DNA of 64,000 nt from a virus. The stretch covers positions 32,769 to 96,768 of IMG/VR virus record IMGVR_UViG_3300026484_000351; one strand, given 5' to 3'. Below the pieces are notes generated by a model. That model saw only the letters and a program-made list of their open reading frames with translations, was not told the origin of the DNA and did not search any database. Of this stretch, positions 39,946 through 49,352 are shown piece after piece (position 1 is the stretch's first letter; each line of letters begins with the position of its first letter). A program made the translations under genes and the position numbers.

Positions 39946-40124
39946 AACTGAATAAAAACAGGGAGCTGTTTTTAAGCGTTTTAAACTAGATGTTTTCAAA
40001 ACTATGAAATATAATAAAGGCAAAAGTTACTCTATTGAAAGTATTTTAAGAATGTTTAAAGTCAATAATAGTAGATGTGTTAGGAGAGAAAACTTTTTGA
40101 AGAACAGTATTCGGAGCATTTTAT

Positions 40125-40298
40125 ATGAAGCAAAAAACAATTGATGAAGGATTAAATGAATTTATGAAAATAACAAATGGTATGAGATTAGACAAAGCCA
40201 TAAAACTTGTTATGATTGAAGTACTTTCTTTAAAACAAGAAATCCAAAAACTAAAGGAACATACACTTGAGCCTAAAACTGTTAGGAAATATATTTAA
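40125..40298 (+). CDS. 57-aa hypothetical protein ending VRKYI (below the ORF-track cutoff)
   Basis: Hand translation MKQKTIDEG...PKTVRKYI*. Confidence 0.55.
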   Translation: MKQKTIDEGLNEFMKITNGMRLDKAIKLVMIEVLSLKQEIQKLKEHTLEPKTVRKYI

Positions 40299-40328
40299 GT
40301 AGAATATGTTAATCTGCAAAGGAAAAAG

Positions 40329-40877
40329 ATGACAAAAGAATTAAAAGCACTTGAAAATTTAAGAGAATATAATTCAAAAATCAAAAAACTTGATAAACAA
40401 TTAATTTATAATTATGATTATACTTATTATAATTTGGTTGGTGAAGATATAGTACCAAATGAAGATTTTAATGAAAAATATGGTAGTACAAGAAAAGGTT
40501 ATGAGTTATTTGGTAAAGATAATTCTAATTTACTTGGTGTAGGATATTCAGGTTTAGTATCTTTGCGAGAAGTTTATGTAAGAGATACTTTGGATTTGGT
40601 CGGATATATTACTGAAGCAAAAAGACCAATGAGACCTTATTTAAAAGAGGCAGAAGATTTATATGAAAGTACACTTGAAGATTTTAAGGTTGCACTTAAT
40701 GTAAAGGATGAAGAATCGTTTAAATATTATATCAATGAAAATGGGCCAGGTTATGATTTATATAATAAAGACAGGGTTCAAAATGAGTCAAGGAAAATTG
40801 GATATTTAGTAGATTTAATGGAACAGTATTTTGAAGATGACGATTTTAAAAAATTCTTTGATAAAATTATAAAGTAG
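40329..40877 (+). CDS. hypothetical protein
   Basis: ORF with RBS. Confidence 0.7.
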   Translation: MTKELKALENLREYNSKIKKLDKQLIYNYDYTYYNLVGEDIVPNEDFNEKYGSTRKGYELFGKDNSNLLGVGYSGLVSLREVYVRDTLDLVGYITEAKRPMRPYLKEAEDLYESTLEDFKVALNVKDEESFKYYINENGPGYDLYNKDRVQNESRKIGYLVDLMEQYFEDDDFKKFFDKIIK

Positions 40878-40915
40878 GATATTATAGAAAAGATAAATAA
40901 GATAAAGGAAAAATA

Positions 40916-41197
40916 ATGTATATACCAAGAGCAAATTTTACAGGAGATAGTAAAAGAATACCCGAGAAAAAGATTATAATATTTTCTGGAGCTGGGTTAG
41001 ACGCCCCATCAGGAATCCAGACTTTTCGAGGTACAGATGGTTTATGGAATAACCATAAAATAGAAGATATATGTGATGAAAGAACTTGGAAAAAGAATTT
41101 TCAAAAAGTGCATAATTTTTATAACGAGCGTAGAGTGCAATTAAAAGATGTAAAACCAAATGAGGCTCATAAAGTGGTATATTATTTGGTTATGTAG
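40916..41197 (+). pseudogene. cobB: N-terminal fragment of a Sir2/CobB sirtuin
   Basis: FSGAGL.A.SGI.TFRG.DGLW...PN.AH; ends before the catalytic TQN.D/HG region. Confidence 0.85.
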
Positions 41198-41349
41198 TTT
41201 TTAATTAATTTAGCAATACGGTCATATTCTTCGGAATTGGTGGTATTTTTTAATTTTTCTATTTCATTTTCAAATATAAAAATATTTATATTTAAAGACA
41301 TAGTATATAAAATTCTTTAAATAAATTATCAACATTCAAATTTTAATTT

Positions 41350-41357
41350 TATAAATA
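41350..41357 (+). promoter_or_regulatory. T4-late-like promoter TATAAATA
   Basis: Exact octamer 18 nt before the endonuclease ATG; chance matches are plausible in AT-rich DNA. Confidence 0.5.
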
Positions 41358-41375
41358 ATATAAAAGGAAAATACT

Positions 41376-42443
41376 ATGGGACTAATTTATAAACATACTT
41401 TCAATAACTCAAATAAATCATATATAGGTTTAACAAAATACACAATGGAAGAAAGATTGAAGGGCCACCTAAAAGCTGTCAAAAATGGTTCAGCTTTGCA
41501 TTTTCATAATGCAATTAGAAAATATGGAGTAGAAAATATTATTTCAGAAATACTAGAAGATAATATTGAAATAAAAAATTTGACAGACAAGGAAATCTTT
41601 TATATAGATAAATTTGATACTTTTTTAAATGGTTATAATATGACTTTAGGAGGGGAAGGTAATTTTGGTTTGGAACATTCAAACGAAGCCAAACAAAAAA
41701 TTTCCGAAGCAAATAAAGGATATAAAGTGGTGGTGAATAAAATAACTAGAAAAACTTTGAAAATAAAAGTGGAAGATTTTGATAATGAGTTATATGATAC
41801 TTTTATGAAAGGTAAAATTAATGTTTATAATAAAAAAGCAGGTGAACATATAATAGTTTCATTAAACTATTTCAATAATAATAGAAAGGATTTTATCACT
41901 AATTATGAAAATAAGGTAGTTGTTAGAGATGGTTTAGAAATTAAAGTTGTTTCTACCGAAGATTTTAAATCTGGTGATTTTGAAAGTATTCATAAGAATA
42001 AATCAACTTTTAAGGATAAAAACGGCAAAACTTATAATATAGATAAGGATAGCAAATTAATTTCCGAATTAGGATTGGTTGGAATTAATGATGGAATAGG
42101 TAATTATATTGATGAATGTGGTAATAAAATTAGACTTTCTACAAAAGAGGCCAAATTAAGAAATCTGAAAGGTATTAATACTGGTACATTTCATAAAGAA
42201 TGTGCTAAAAATATACTAATTTATGATGAAAAGGGAATTATTAGATACAAATGTTTTGGGAATTTCGCGACAGTTTGTAAAGAGAATGGTTTACCTCCAA
42301 CAGCTTTTGGTGATTCTTATAGAGCAAAAGGAGAGAAATTATATGAAAATTTGACACACAACTCGAGTATATCTAGATTAAAAAATAAAAATTACTGGCG
42401 ATTTAAAGGATGGTCAGCAAAATTAAGCGAAGATGTTAAATAA
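41376..42443 (+). CDS. GIY-YIG homing endonuclease (Seg-like) with NUMOD3
   Basis: GLIYK...YIGLT, R...H, E..YI, GYNMT.GG, HSNEAKQKIS. Confidence 0.9.
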   Translation: MGLIYKHTFNNSNKSYIGLTKYTMEERLKGHLKAVKNGSALHFHNAIRKYGVENIISEILEDNIEIKNLTDKEIFYIDKFDTFLNGYNMTLGGEGNFGLEHSNEAKQKISEANKGYKVVVNKITRKTLKIKVEDFDNELYDTFMKGKINVYNKKAGEHIIVSLNYFNNNRKDFITNYENKVVVRDGLEIKVVSTEDFKSGDFESIHKNKSTFKDKNGKTYNIDKDSKLISELGLVGINDGIGNYIDECGNKIRLSTKEAKLRNLKGINTGTFHKECAKNILIYDEKGIIRYKCFGNFATVCKENGLPPTAFGDSYRAKGEKLYENLTHNSSISRLKNKNYWRFKGWSAKLSEDVK

Positions 42444-42717
42444 TATGAATGAATCAGTTGATTTGCCTGAAAAGTTATTTGATAAAATATATTATGAAAG
42501 TTGTGAAACAGCAATGCAAAAAATTGAAAAAGATATTGATGAATTATGGAATAAATAGTGTTACTTTTTGTAACATTAGTAGTAATTTTTTTTAAAAAAT
42601 CAAATATTTTTTAAGTAAAAATATATATAATAATAAATAGCGAATATTAAATAAAGATTAAAAGCGTTCGACCGAAAAGTCAAAAAACTAAACAATTTTA
42701 CTTAAATAAGGAGATTA

Positions 42718-43155
42718 ATGTTTTTAACTAAATTAGACAGACCAAATTTGTATCCGATGGGAACAAGTTTAGAAAAGGTTTTCGATGAGTTTTTTGAAAA
42801 CTCATTTAAAGAAATGGGAAATAATAAATATCCGATGACAGATATTTATACCGAAAATGGTGTTACTCACATTAGGGTAGCAGTAACAGGTTTTTTCGAT
42901 AAGGAAATAGAAATATTTTTAGAAAACAATCTACTAACAATTAAAGCTTCTCATGAAGACAAATCCGGAAGAGATTCAAGAATTTACCATATTAAAAATA
43001 TAGCAACAAGAAGCTTTATTAGGAAATTTGCAGTATCAAATATAGTAGAAGATATCAAAGCAGAAATAAAAAATGGTGTATTACATCTTGAGTTAATAGA
43101 AAAAGAAAAAGAAATAACTAAAAAAGTTATTCAAATAGATACAATTAAAAAATAA
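42718..43155 (+). CDS. small heat shock protein (Hsp20)
   Basis: P.TDI, AV.GF, R.F.RKF, A...NGVL. Confidence 0.9.
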   Translation: MFLTKLDRPNLYPMGTSLEKVFDEFFENSFKEMGNNKYPMTDIYTENGVTHIRVAVTGFFDKEIEIFLENNLLTIKASHEDKSGRDSRIYHIKNIATRSFIRKFAVSNIVEDIKAEIKNGVLHLELIEKEKEITKKVIQIDTIKK

Positions 43156-43185
43156 AACTAACTTAAAATATAAGGAGATTTAAAA

Positions 43186-45045
43186 ATGGCAACAATAGGA
43201 ATAGATTTAGGAACTACAAATAGTGCGGTAGCAGTATATGAAGCAGGGGAAGCAAAAATCATCCCAAATGCAGAGGGCAAAAATACAACACCATCAATAG
43301 TAGCGTTTACAAATAAAGGTGATGTTTTAGTTGGTGAACCAGCAAAAAGACAGGCCGTAACAAACCCAACAGGAACAATTGAAGCGGTAAAAAGAATTAT
43401 GGGTATGCAATTTAATGAACCAAAATGCAAAGAAGCTCAAGAAAAAGTACAGTATAAGATTGTAAATAAAAATGGACTGGCTGCAGTTGAAATTGATGGC
43501 AAATCATACACCCCACAAGAAATTTCGGCTAAGATTTTATCGAAATTAAAAGACGATGCAGAAAGTTATTTAGGTACAACTGTAACAGATGCAGTTATTA
43601 CAGTACCAGCATACTTTAATGATGCTCAAAGAAAAGCGACACAAGAAGCAGGGACAATTGCAGGACTTAATGTATTAAGAATTATAAATGAACCAACATC
43701 TGCTTCACTAGCTTATGGACTTGATAAAAAAGGTGAAGAAAAAGTAGCCATTGTAGATTTAGGCGGCGGCACATATGATGTTTCTGTAATGGAAATAGGT
43801 GATGGGACTTTTGAAGTTTTATCGACAGATGGAAATGCTTTTTTTGGTGGAAAAGATTATGATCAAGATATTGTTAATTATTTAGCTGGAGATTTTAAGT
43901 CTAATAATGGGGTAGATTTAAGAAATGATAGTATGGCAATGCAAAGATTATTTGATGCAGCTGAAAATGCTAAGAAAGAGTTAAGTTCAACAATGGAAAC
44001 AGAGATAAACTTACCATTTATTACAGCAGATGCAACAGGACCAAAACATTTAGTCGTATCTTTAACAAAAGCAAAATTTGAAGAGTTAATTAGTGAAAGA
44101 ACAAAAGAGGTTACAACTCACTTAGAAACTGCTTTAACTGATGCAGGTTTAACACCAAATGATATTAACGAAGTTATTATGGTTGGGGGTTCAACAAGGA
44201 TTCCGTTAGTGCAAGAGAAAGTCCAAAAATTCTTTGGTGGTAAAACATTAAATAATTCAGTTAATCCCGATGAAGTTGTTGCTGCTGGTGCAGCAATACA
44301 AGCAGGGGTATTAAGTGGAGATGTTAAAGATGTTCTTTTACTTGATGTTACACCATTAAGTCTTGGTATTGAAACAATGGGTGGTATTATGACTACTCTT
44401 ATTGAAAAAGGTACAACAATTCCAGTTAAAAAATCTCAAGTATTTAGTACAGCAGAAGATAATCAACCAGCAGTATCTGTAAGAATAGCACAGGGTGAAG
44501 CAAAATTATTTGAAGATAATAAAATGTTAGGTAATTTTGAATTAGGTGATATTGCTCCAGCTCCAAGAGGAACTCCTCAAATAGAAATCACACTTGATGT
44601 AGATGCTAATGGTGTATTAAATGTTTCAGCAAAAGATAAAGCGACAGGAAAAGAAAATAGTGTAACTATTACTGGTAGTACGGGTTTATCTGATAATGAA
44701 ATTGCTAAAATGGTGGCTGATGCCGAAAAAGCAAATGCTGATAAAAAAGATAAAGTTGAAGCAATTGAAGCAAGAAATGCGTTAGATAGTTTAATTTCAC
44801 AAGCAAGAAAAACTAATGATGAAGTTAAAGATGAAAGTCTTACGACGGCAATTAGTACAGCAGAAGAAAAATCAAAAAATGAGGTTTTAACTAAAAGTGA
44901 CTTAGAAACAGCTAAATCTGATTTAGAAAAAGTGCTTATGGAAGTAATGCAAAAACAAGCACAACACGGAACATCAAATGAAGCATCTGAACAAGCCGAA
45001 AAGGTTAATGATAGTAGCACCATTATTGATGCGGAGGTAGAGTAG
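43186..45045 (+). CDS. dnaK: chaperone DnaK (Hsp70)
   Basis: [39 protein letters not shown]. Confidence 0.98.
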   Translation: MATIGIDLGTTNSAVAVYEAGEAKIIPNAEGKNTTPSIVAFTNKGDVLVGEPAKRQAVTNPTGTIEAVKRIMGMQFNEPKCKEAQEKVQYKIVNKNGLAAVEIDGKSYTPQEISAKILSKLKDDAESYLGTTVTDAVITVPAYFNDAQRKATQEAGTIAGLNVLRIINEPTSASLAYGLDKKGEEKVAIVDLGGGTYDVSVMEIGDGTFEVLSTDGNAFFGGKDYDQDIVNYLAGDFKSNNGVDLRNDSMAMQRLFDAAENAKKELSSTMETEINLPFITADATGPKHLVVSLTKAKFEELISERTKEVTTHLETALTDAGLTPNDINEVIMVGGSTRIPLVQEKVQKFFGGKTLNNSVNPDEVVAAGAAIQAGVLSGDVKDVLLLDVTPLSLGIETMGGIMTTLIEKGTTIPVKKSQVFSTAEDNQPAVSVRIAQGEAKLFEDNKMLGNFELGDIAPAPRGTPQIEITLDVDANGVLNVSAKDKATGKENSVTITGSTGLSDNEIAKMVADAEKANADKKDKVEAIEARNALDSLISQARKTNDEVKDESLTTAISTAEEKSKNEVLTKSDLETAKSDLEKVLMEVMQKQAQHGTSNEASEQAEKVNDSSTIIDAEVE

Positions 45046-45061
45046 GTTTATCCTACTCTAC
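45037..45061 (+). other. perfect 10-bp hairpin over the dnaK stop codon
   Basis: GTAGAGTAGG-TTTAT-CCTACTCTAC, no U-tract. Confidence 0.7.
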
Positions 45062-45074
45062 AAAAGAGTTAGAA

Positions 45075-45587
45075 ATGGCTACAAAAATTCACGAAGATTT
45101 AACTGAAAACGAAAAATTGGACACGGCTGAAGTAGAAGAAAGAGAGCAATCAGATGTTCCCTATGAAAATACAAAACTTAAAGATAAAATTAAAGCATTA
45201 GAAAGCGAAAATCTCAGAACTCATGCTGATTTCCAGAATGTAAAGAAAAGACTAGAAAAAGAAAAATTAAATTCTATAAAATTTGCACAAGAACAATTTT
45301 CTCTAGACTTATTAGAAGTATTGGATTCTTTATATATCGCAGTACAAGTTATACAAGATGCAAAAGAAAAGGAAGGTATAACAAACACAATTAAAAAACT
45401 AACAGATATTTTTAGTAAATATCATATTTCTGAAGTTACATATGAAGTATTTAACCCTAACTTACATCAAGCAGTACAGACAATTAAATCAGAAAAAGCT
45501 TCAGGAGAAATTGTTCAAGTTCTAAGGAAAGGTTATACAATCCATGATAAAATACTAAGACCAGCAATGGTGAGTATATCTCAATAA
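45075..45587 (+). CDS. grpE: nucleotide exchange factor GrpE
   Basis: [29 protein letters not shown]. Confidence 0.95.
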   Translation: MATKIHEDLTENEKLDTAEVEEREQSDVPYENTKLKDKIKALESENLRTHADFQNVKKRLEKEKLNSIKFAQEQFSLDLLEVLDSLYIAVQVIQDAKEKEGITNTIKKLTDIFSKYHISEVTYEVFNPNLHQAVQTIKSEKASGEIVQVLRKGYTIHDKILRPAMVSISQ

Positions 45588-45597
45588 AAGGAAGAAT

Positions 45598-46353
45598 ATG
45601 AAAGATTTATATAAGACATTAGAGATAAGTGAAAATGCAACCGAACAGGAAATTAAAAAAGCTTATAGAAAATTAGCAAAGAATTATCATCCTGATGTCA
45701 ATAAAACCAAAGAAGCCGAAGAAAAATTTAAAGAGATAAATGCAGCTTATGAAGTCTTAAGCGATAAAAATAAAAAAGCACAGTATGATAGATATGGTGA
45801 TCAAATGTTTAACCAAAACAATTATGCCGGCCATCAACAACATTCTGAAGATATTTTTGAACAGATGTTTAGAGCTAGCTTTGGGTTTAATAATCAAATT
45901 AATCTCGATAGAACCGTAAGGGTAAGAGTACCATTAGATAAAGCTATAAAAGGCGGCAAGATAACTATTGAAGGCAATACTATATCATTTCCTAAAAATA
46001 TTAGTAATGGCACAAAACTAAGAGTAAAAGGAAAAGGCAAAACTTTTCAAGGGCAAACTGGAGATTTATATGTACAGTTAGTTGTTGTCGGGGATAATAA
46101 CTTTGAAGTAAATTATAACACTATACATACAAGCGTTGAATTAAATCTAAAAGAAGCTATTTTTGGAACACATAAAGAAATAAATTTATATGGAGATATA
46201 ATAAAAATAAAAATTCCTAAAGATATTAAATATGGACAACAACTACGAATTAGAGGAAAAGGTCTACATAATGATAATATGATAGTTCATTGTATTTATG
46301 TTTTACCAAAGTCAGACGAAATAAAAGAAAGTGATTTAAACTTTGTAAAATAA
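45598..46353 (+). CDS. dnaJ: DnaJ/CbpA-type co-chaperone without zinc finger
   Basis: J-domain with HPD, LRV.GKG, GDLYV. Confidence 0.92.
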   Translation: MKDLYKTLEISENATEQEIKKAYRKLAKNYHPDVNKTKEAEEKFKEINAAYEVLSDKNKKAQYDRYGDQMFNQNNYAGHQQHSEDIFEQMFRASFGFNNQINLDRTVRVRVPLDKAIKGGKITIEGNTISFPKNISNGTKLRVKGKGKTFQGQTGDLYVQLVVVGDNNFEVNYNTIHTSVELNLKEAIFGTHKEINLYGDIIKIKIPKDIKYGQQLRIRGKGLHNDNMIVHCIYVLPKSDEIKESDLNFVK

Positions 46354-46362
46354 AGGAAATAT

Positions 46363-46824
46363 ATGAAATTCTTCTCTAGTTATTATGCCCAAATACCAAA
46401 TATCCCAAAAGATTATATTCTTGTTAGCATATCTGGGGATATACCAGATTATATTAAAGATCAAATAAATATTTGGGACTGTCGATTAGCGCCAAATAGA
46501 GATTTATTCAGGGAGTATAAAAATTCCCCTAAAGGTCGACAAAGAGAGAATTTATTTGTCCAAAGATTTAAAAATGAAGTGCTTACCAAATATGATATAA
46601 CTGAAATATTAAAATCTTGGAGTGATAAATGTGGTCTTGAACAAAAATATGTTTTATTATGTTATGAAATGCCTAATTGTTTTTGTCACCGTCATATTGT
46701 CGCCGAAGCACTTGAAAAAAAGTACGGCATAGAAATTCCCGAATTTGGCATAGATAATTTAATTTATGAGAGAAGGGATTATAAAATCCAACTAAAAGAT
46801 ACTTTAAATGAAGAGGAATGGTAG
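46363..46824 (+). CDS. DUF488-like protein
   Basis: LAP, LLCYE....CHR.IVA. Confidence 0.75.
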   Translation: MKFFSSYYAQIPNIPKDYILVSISGDIPDYIKDQINIWDCRLAPNRDLFREYKNSPKGRQRENLFVQRFKNEVLTKYDITEILKSWSDKCGLEQKYVLLCYEMPNCFCHRHIVAEALEKKYGIEIPEFGIDNLIYERRDYKIQLKDTLNEEEW

Positions 46825-46970
46825 CATTTAATACCTATTTAAAGTATTGTGATAAAGTAGATCTATAAAAGAATAACTTTGTACTACAAATTGACTAATA
46901 ATTTTTATTTCTTTCAATGTAAAGATACTAAATCAGCAGTTCAATAGACAACAAATAGGAAAGAGGAATA

Positions 46971-47195
46971 ATGAAAATACTAAAACATACAGAAAAAATT
47001 CTTTATTTAGAGGCTCATGGAGATATAATTAGCATTGGCTTACAAACAAACTTTAATATAAGTCTCATTAAAAATTTAATTAACATAAATGGAATTGAAA
47101 TTCCTTATTTTTCAAGAGAAATGGCGAAGGAAGATTATGAAATGTTAGAATCTTCAATACTTGAAGGGCCCAAACAGAAAAGGAAAGTAATATAA
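46971..47195 (+). CDS. hypothetical protein
   Basis: ORF with RBS. Confidence 0.6.
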   Translation: MKILKHTEKILYLEAHGDIISIGLQTNFNISLIKNLININGIEIPYFSREMAKEDYEMLESSILEGPKQKRKVI

Positions 47196-47398
47196 AATCA
47201 AGCACAGATTGTTATAAGGAAATGAAGGGCAGCAAGTTCTATTACTAAATCTTTTAAAATTGGTTTAAATAATAAGAGCATCAGATTTATAAAATGGGGA
47301 TTCTTTATTACAGCCACAAATAAAATAGTGATTAAGAACTTGGATATAGTCTTTAATAATAGAATTTCTTTCTATTAACCCTCTAATTTAAACCTAGT

Positions 47399-47419
47399 TT
47401 AATAATAATTTGTTATAAT
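47399..47419 (+). promoter_or_regulatory. Early-type promoter
   Basis: TTAATAATAATTTGTTATAAT. Confidence 0.7.
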
Positions 47420-47690
47420 TATATTAATAAAAACATAAAGGTTATAAGATGACAAATTCAACAGAGTCAAATTATGAAAGAAATTTAGAGAATACTTAAG
47501 ATACAACAATGAAAGTAGAAGTTTAACTTAGACTTTAGATGAAGATACTTACTCTGTTTGGGCAACTTTTTATACTAGTGCTGATGAAAATACTGAAGAA
47601 TTTGAAGTTTTAAAAGAAAATGTAAGGTTTTAATAATGTATCTTTATTTAGTAAATTTAAAACAATTACTATTAGATTAAGGAAAGAAAG

Positions 47691-47948
47691 ATGAAATCTA
47701 TTAAAAATTTAGAATTAATACAAAGAGTAACAGCACAAAATTCATTTAAAAAAACGGCGTCTGATGTTAAAAGTTCTTCGCCAGTTTCTTTTGTTGGTTA
47801 TAGTTTAGGCGAACCAGTATATGAATTTAATAAAGAGGACAAATTTATAATTTTTGGTATTAGGGACGATAGAATTGCTACTGGTTATATGCAATATAAC
47901 CAGGTGTTTAAAATTATTATGCAAATTGAAGAAGGTTATCAACTATGA
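47691..47948 (+). CDS. hypothetical protein
   Basis: ORF with RBS. Confidence 0.65.
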   Translation: MKSIKNLELIQRVTAQNSFKKTASDVKSSSPVSFVGYSLGEPVYEFNKEDKFIIFGIRDDRIATGYMQYNQVFKIIMQIEEGYQL

Positions 47949-48595
47949 ATAATGCTACGAAAGAACTCATAATTACCGGGAATATTGGTACAGGTAAAAG
48001 TACTGTAACTAAAATTTTTGAAGAAAGAGGTTACAAAATCATTTCAGCAGATGAGATATCTGCGGCAATTCTTAAAGAAAATCATAAAGAAATTTCAAAA
48101 ATGTTTAGTATGCCCCCTCAAAAATTTAATTCTTTTAAAAAAAGATTATCAAATATGGTTTTTAGTAAACAATGTACATTAGTAAATTATAAAGAAGAAC
48201 TTGAAAAATTTATGGTCCCAAAAATTCAAGAAGAAATCGAACATGAAAAACTTGCTTTATCTATGGCTGGGAGAAAATATGTTATAGAAATGCCTACATA
48301 TTTTGAAACAAGGGGCCTTAAAAAAGATAATGAAAGTTTAGTTATTATGGTGCAGGCGGATAAAGATATAAGACTTAAAAGGATTATGGAAAGAAATAAA
48401 CACTTAAGTATTCAAGATGTTTTGAACCGAATGAGAACACAAATTCAGCCATCAGAAAAAGTACAATATTGTGACGAAATTATTTGGAATAATGGAACTT
48501 ATGAAGAATTAAAAAATGAAACCCTAAGAGTAAAAAGAATTATAGAGAATGAATATTCTTATCCCATGAAGGAATATCATAAAAGTTCTAAATAG
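47945..48595 (+). CDS. coaE: dephospho-CoA kinase
   Basis: ITGNIGTGKSTV, ISAD.I, E.P..FE, R..R...R, EK....D.II.N.G. Confidence 0.88.
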   Translation: MNNATKELIITGNIGTGKSTVTKIFEERGYKIISADEISAAILKENHKEISKMFSMPPQKFNSFKKRLSNMVFSKQCTLVNYKEELEKFMVPKIQEEIEHEKLALSMAGRKYVIEMPTYFETRGLKKDNESLVIMVQADKDIRLKRIMERNKHLSIQDVLNRMRTQIQPSEKVQYCDEIIWNNGTYEELKNETLRVKRIIENEYSYPMKEYHKSSK

Positions 48596-48731
48596 TTTTT
48601 AGATTGGATTATATGTTATTTAATTTTTATACTTTATGTCTTTTAGCGCTTATTGGTTAATTTGTAACTTCTAGTTATGTTATAATCTTCATAATCAGTT
48701 ATTTTATATACAGAATGCTTTAAGGAAAATA

Positions 48732-49005
48732 ATGAAAACAGAAAACAAAAAAATATTTTTTATAAAAAAAGGATATAAAAGGATTTAAAGCTTATATTTT
48801 TAAGAAACCAAATAGCAGGATTTATAGAACAAAAGATGAATTTTCTAAAATTGGTCTAGAAATAGAACCAGGCGATATGTTTTTTGAGAAAGAAGATTAT
48901 TGGGATAAAGTAGAATATAGAGCAATGCAAGCATTTATAAATGCTTTTGGTGATTTAAGACTATATGCTTTTGAATATAGTCCTTTAGAAAGAATGGAAA
49001 TTTAT
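48732..49005 (+). repeat. direct repeat copy 1 (decayed small gene); copy 2 at 52302-52576
   Basis: About 270 nt of near-identical sequence, e.g. GTAGAATATAGAGCAATGCAAGCATTTATAAATGCTTTTGGTGATTTAAGACTATATGCTTTTGAATATAG in both. Confidence 0.9.
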
Positions 49006-49251
49006 GCTCTATTTTAGATGCTAAATCACTCCATGCTATATTAGGTATAGCTTTAGACAATCTTCTATTTTTAAGCATATTTTTTACTTGAAGACTTTCT
49101 AAACTTATAAAATCATATAGATTAATTAATTTTTAGATGCTTTATGATTTATAGTGTTTCTTGTATTCTTTATTTTATTATGTACCTTAGCCACTTTTAA
49201 TCTAGCTTTATTTCTATTTTTACTTAGTTTTCTTTGGTACTTATATGTTAA
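49001..49251 (-). mobile_element. internal fragment of IS607 tnpB
   Basis: Aligns to 8804-9094 with substitutions and short deletions. Confidence 0.9.
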
Positions 49252-49285
49252 GTAGTTTTATATGGATAAAAAGATTCGATAAATG

Positions 49286-49333
49286 TATAAATAATTTTAT
49301 TGAAACAAAATGTTTAGTGTTCCAATAAAATTA
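49286..49333 (+). promoter_or_regulatory. T4-late-like TATAAATA followed by a leader hairpin
   Basis: TATAAATA 49286-49293; TAATTTTATTG (49292-49302) pairs with CAATAAAATTA (49323-49333). Confidence 0.5.
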
Positions 49334-49352
49334 CTAATAGGACGGAAATAAT

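Noticed and set aside
41178-42446. Group I intron with homing endonuclease inside the sirtuin
   Set aside because: The catalytic middle of the sirtuin is missing and there is no room or recognisable sequence for an intron core.
27591-47195. C-terminal KREI/RKEI/RKAI/RKVI as another peptide tag
   Set aside because: Largely explained by AAAAGG(G)AAATATAA RBS-like sequence overlapping the gene end.
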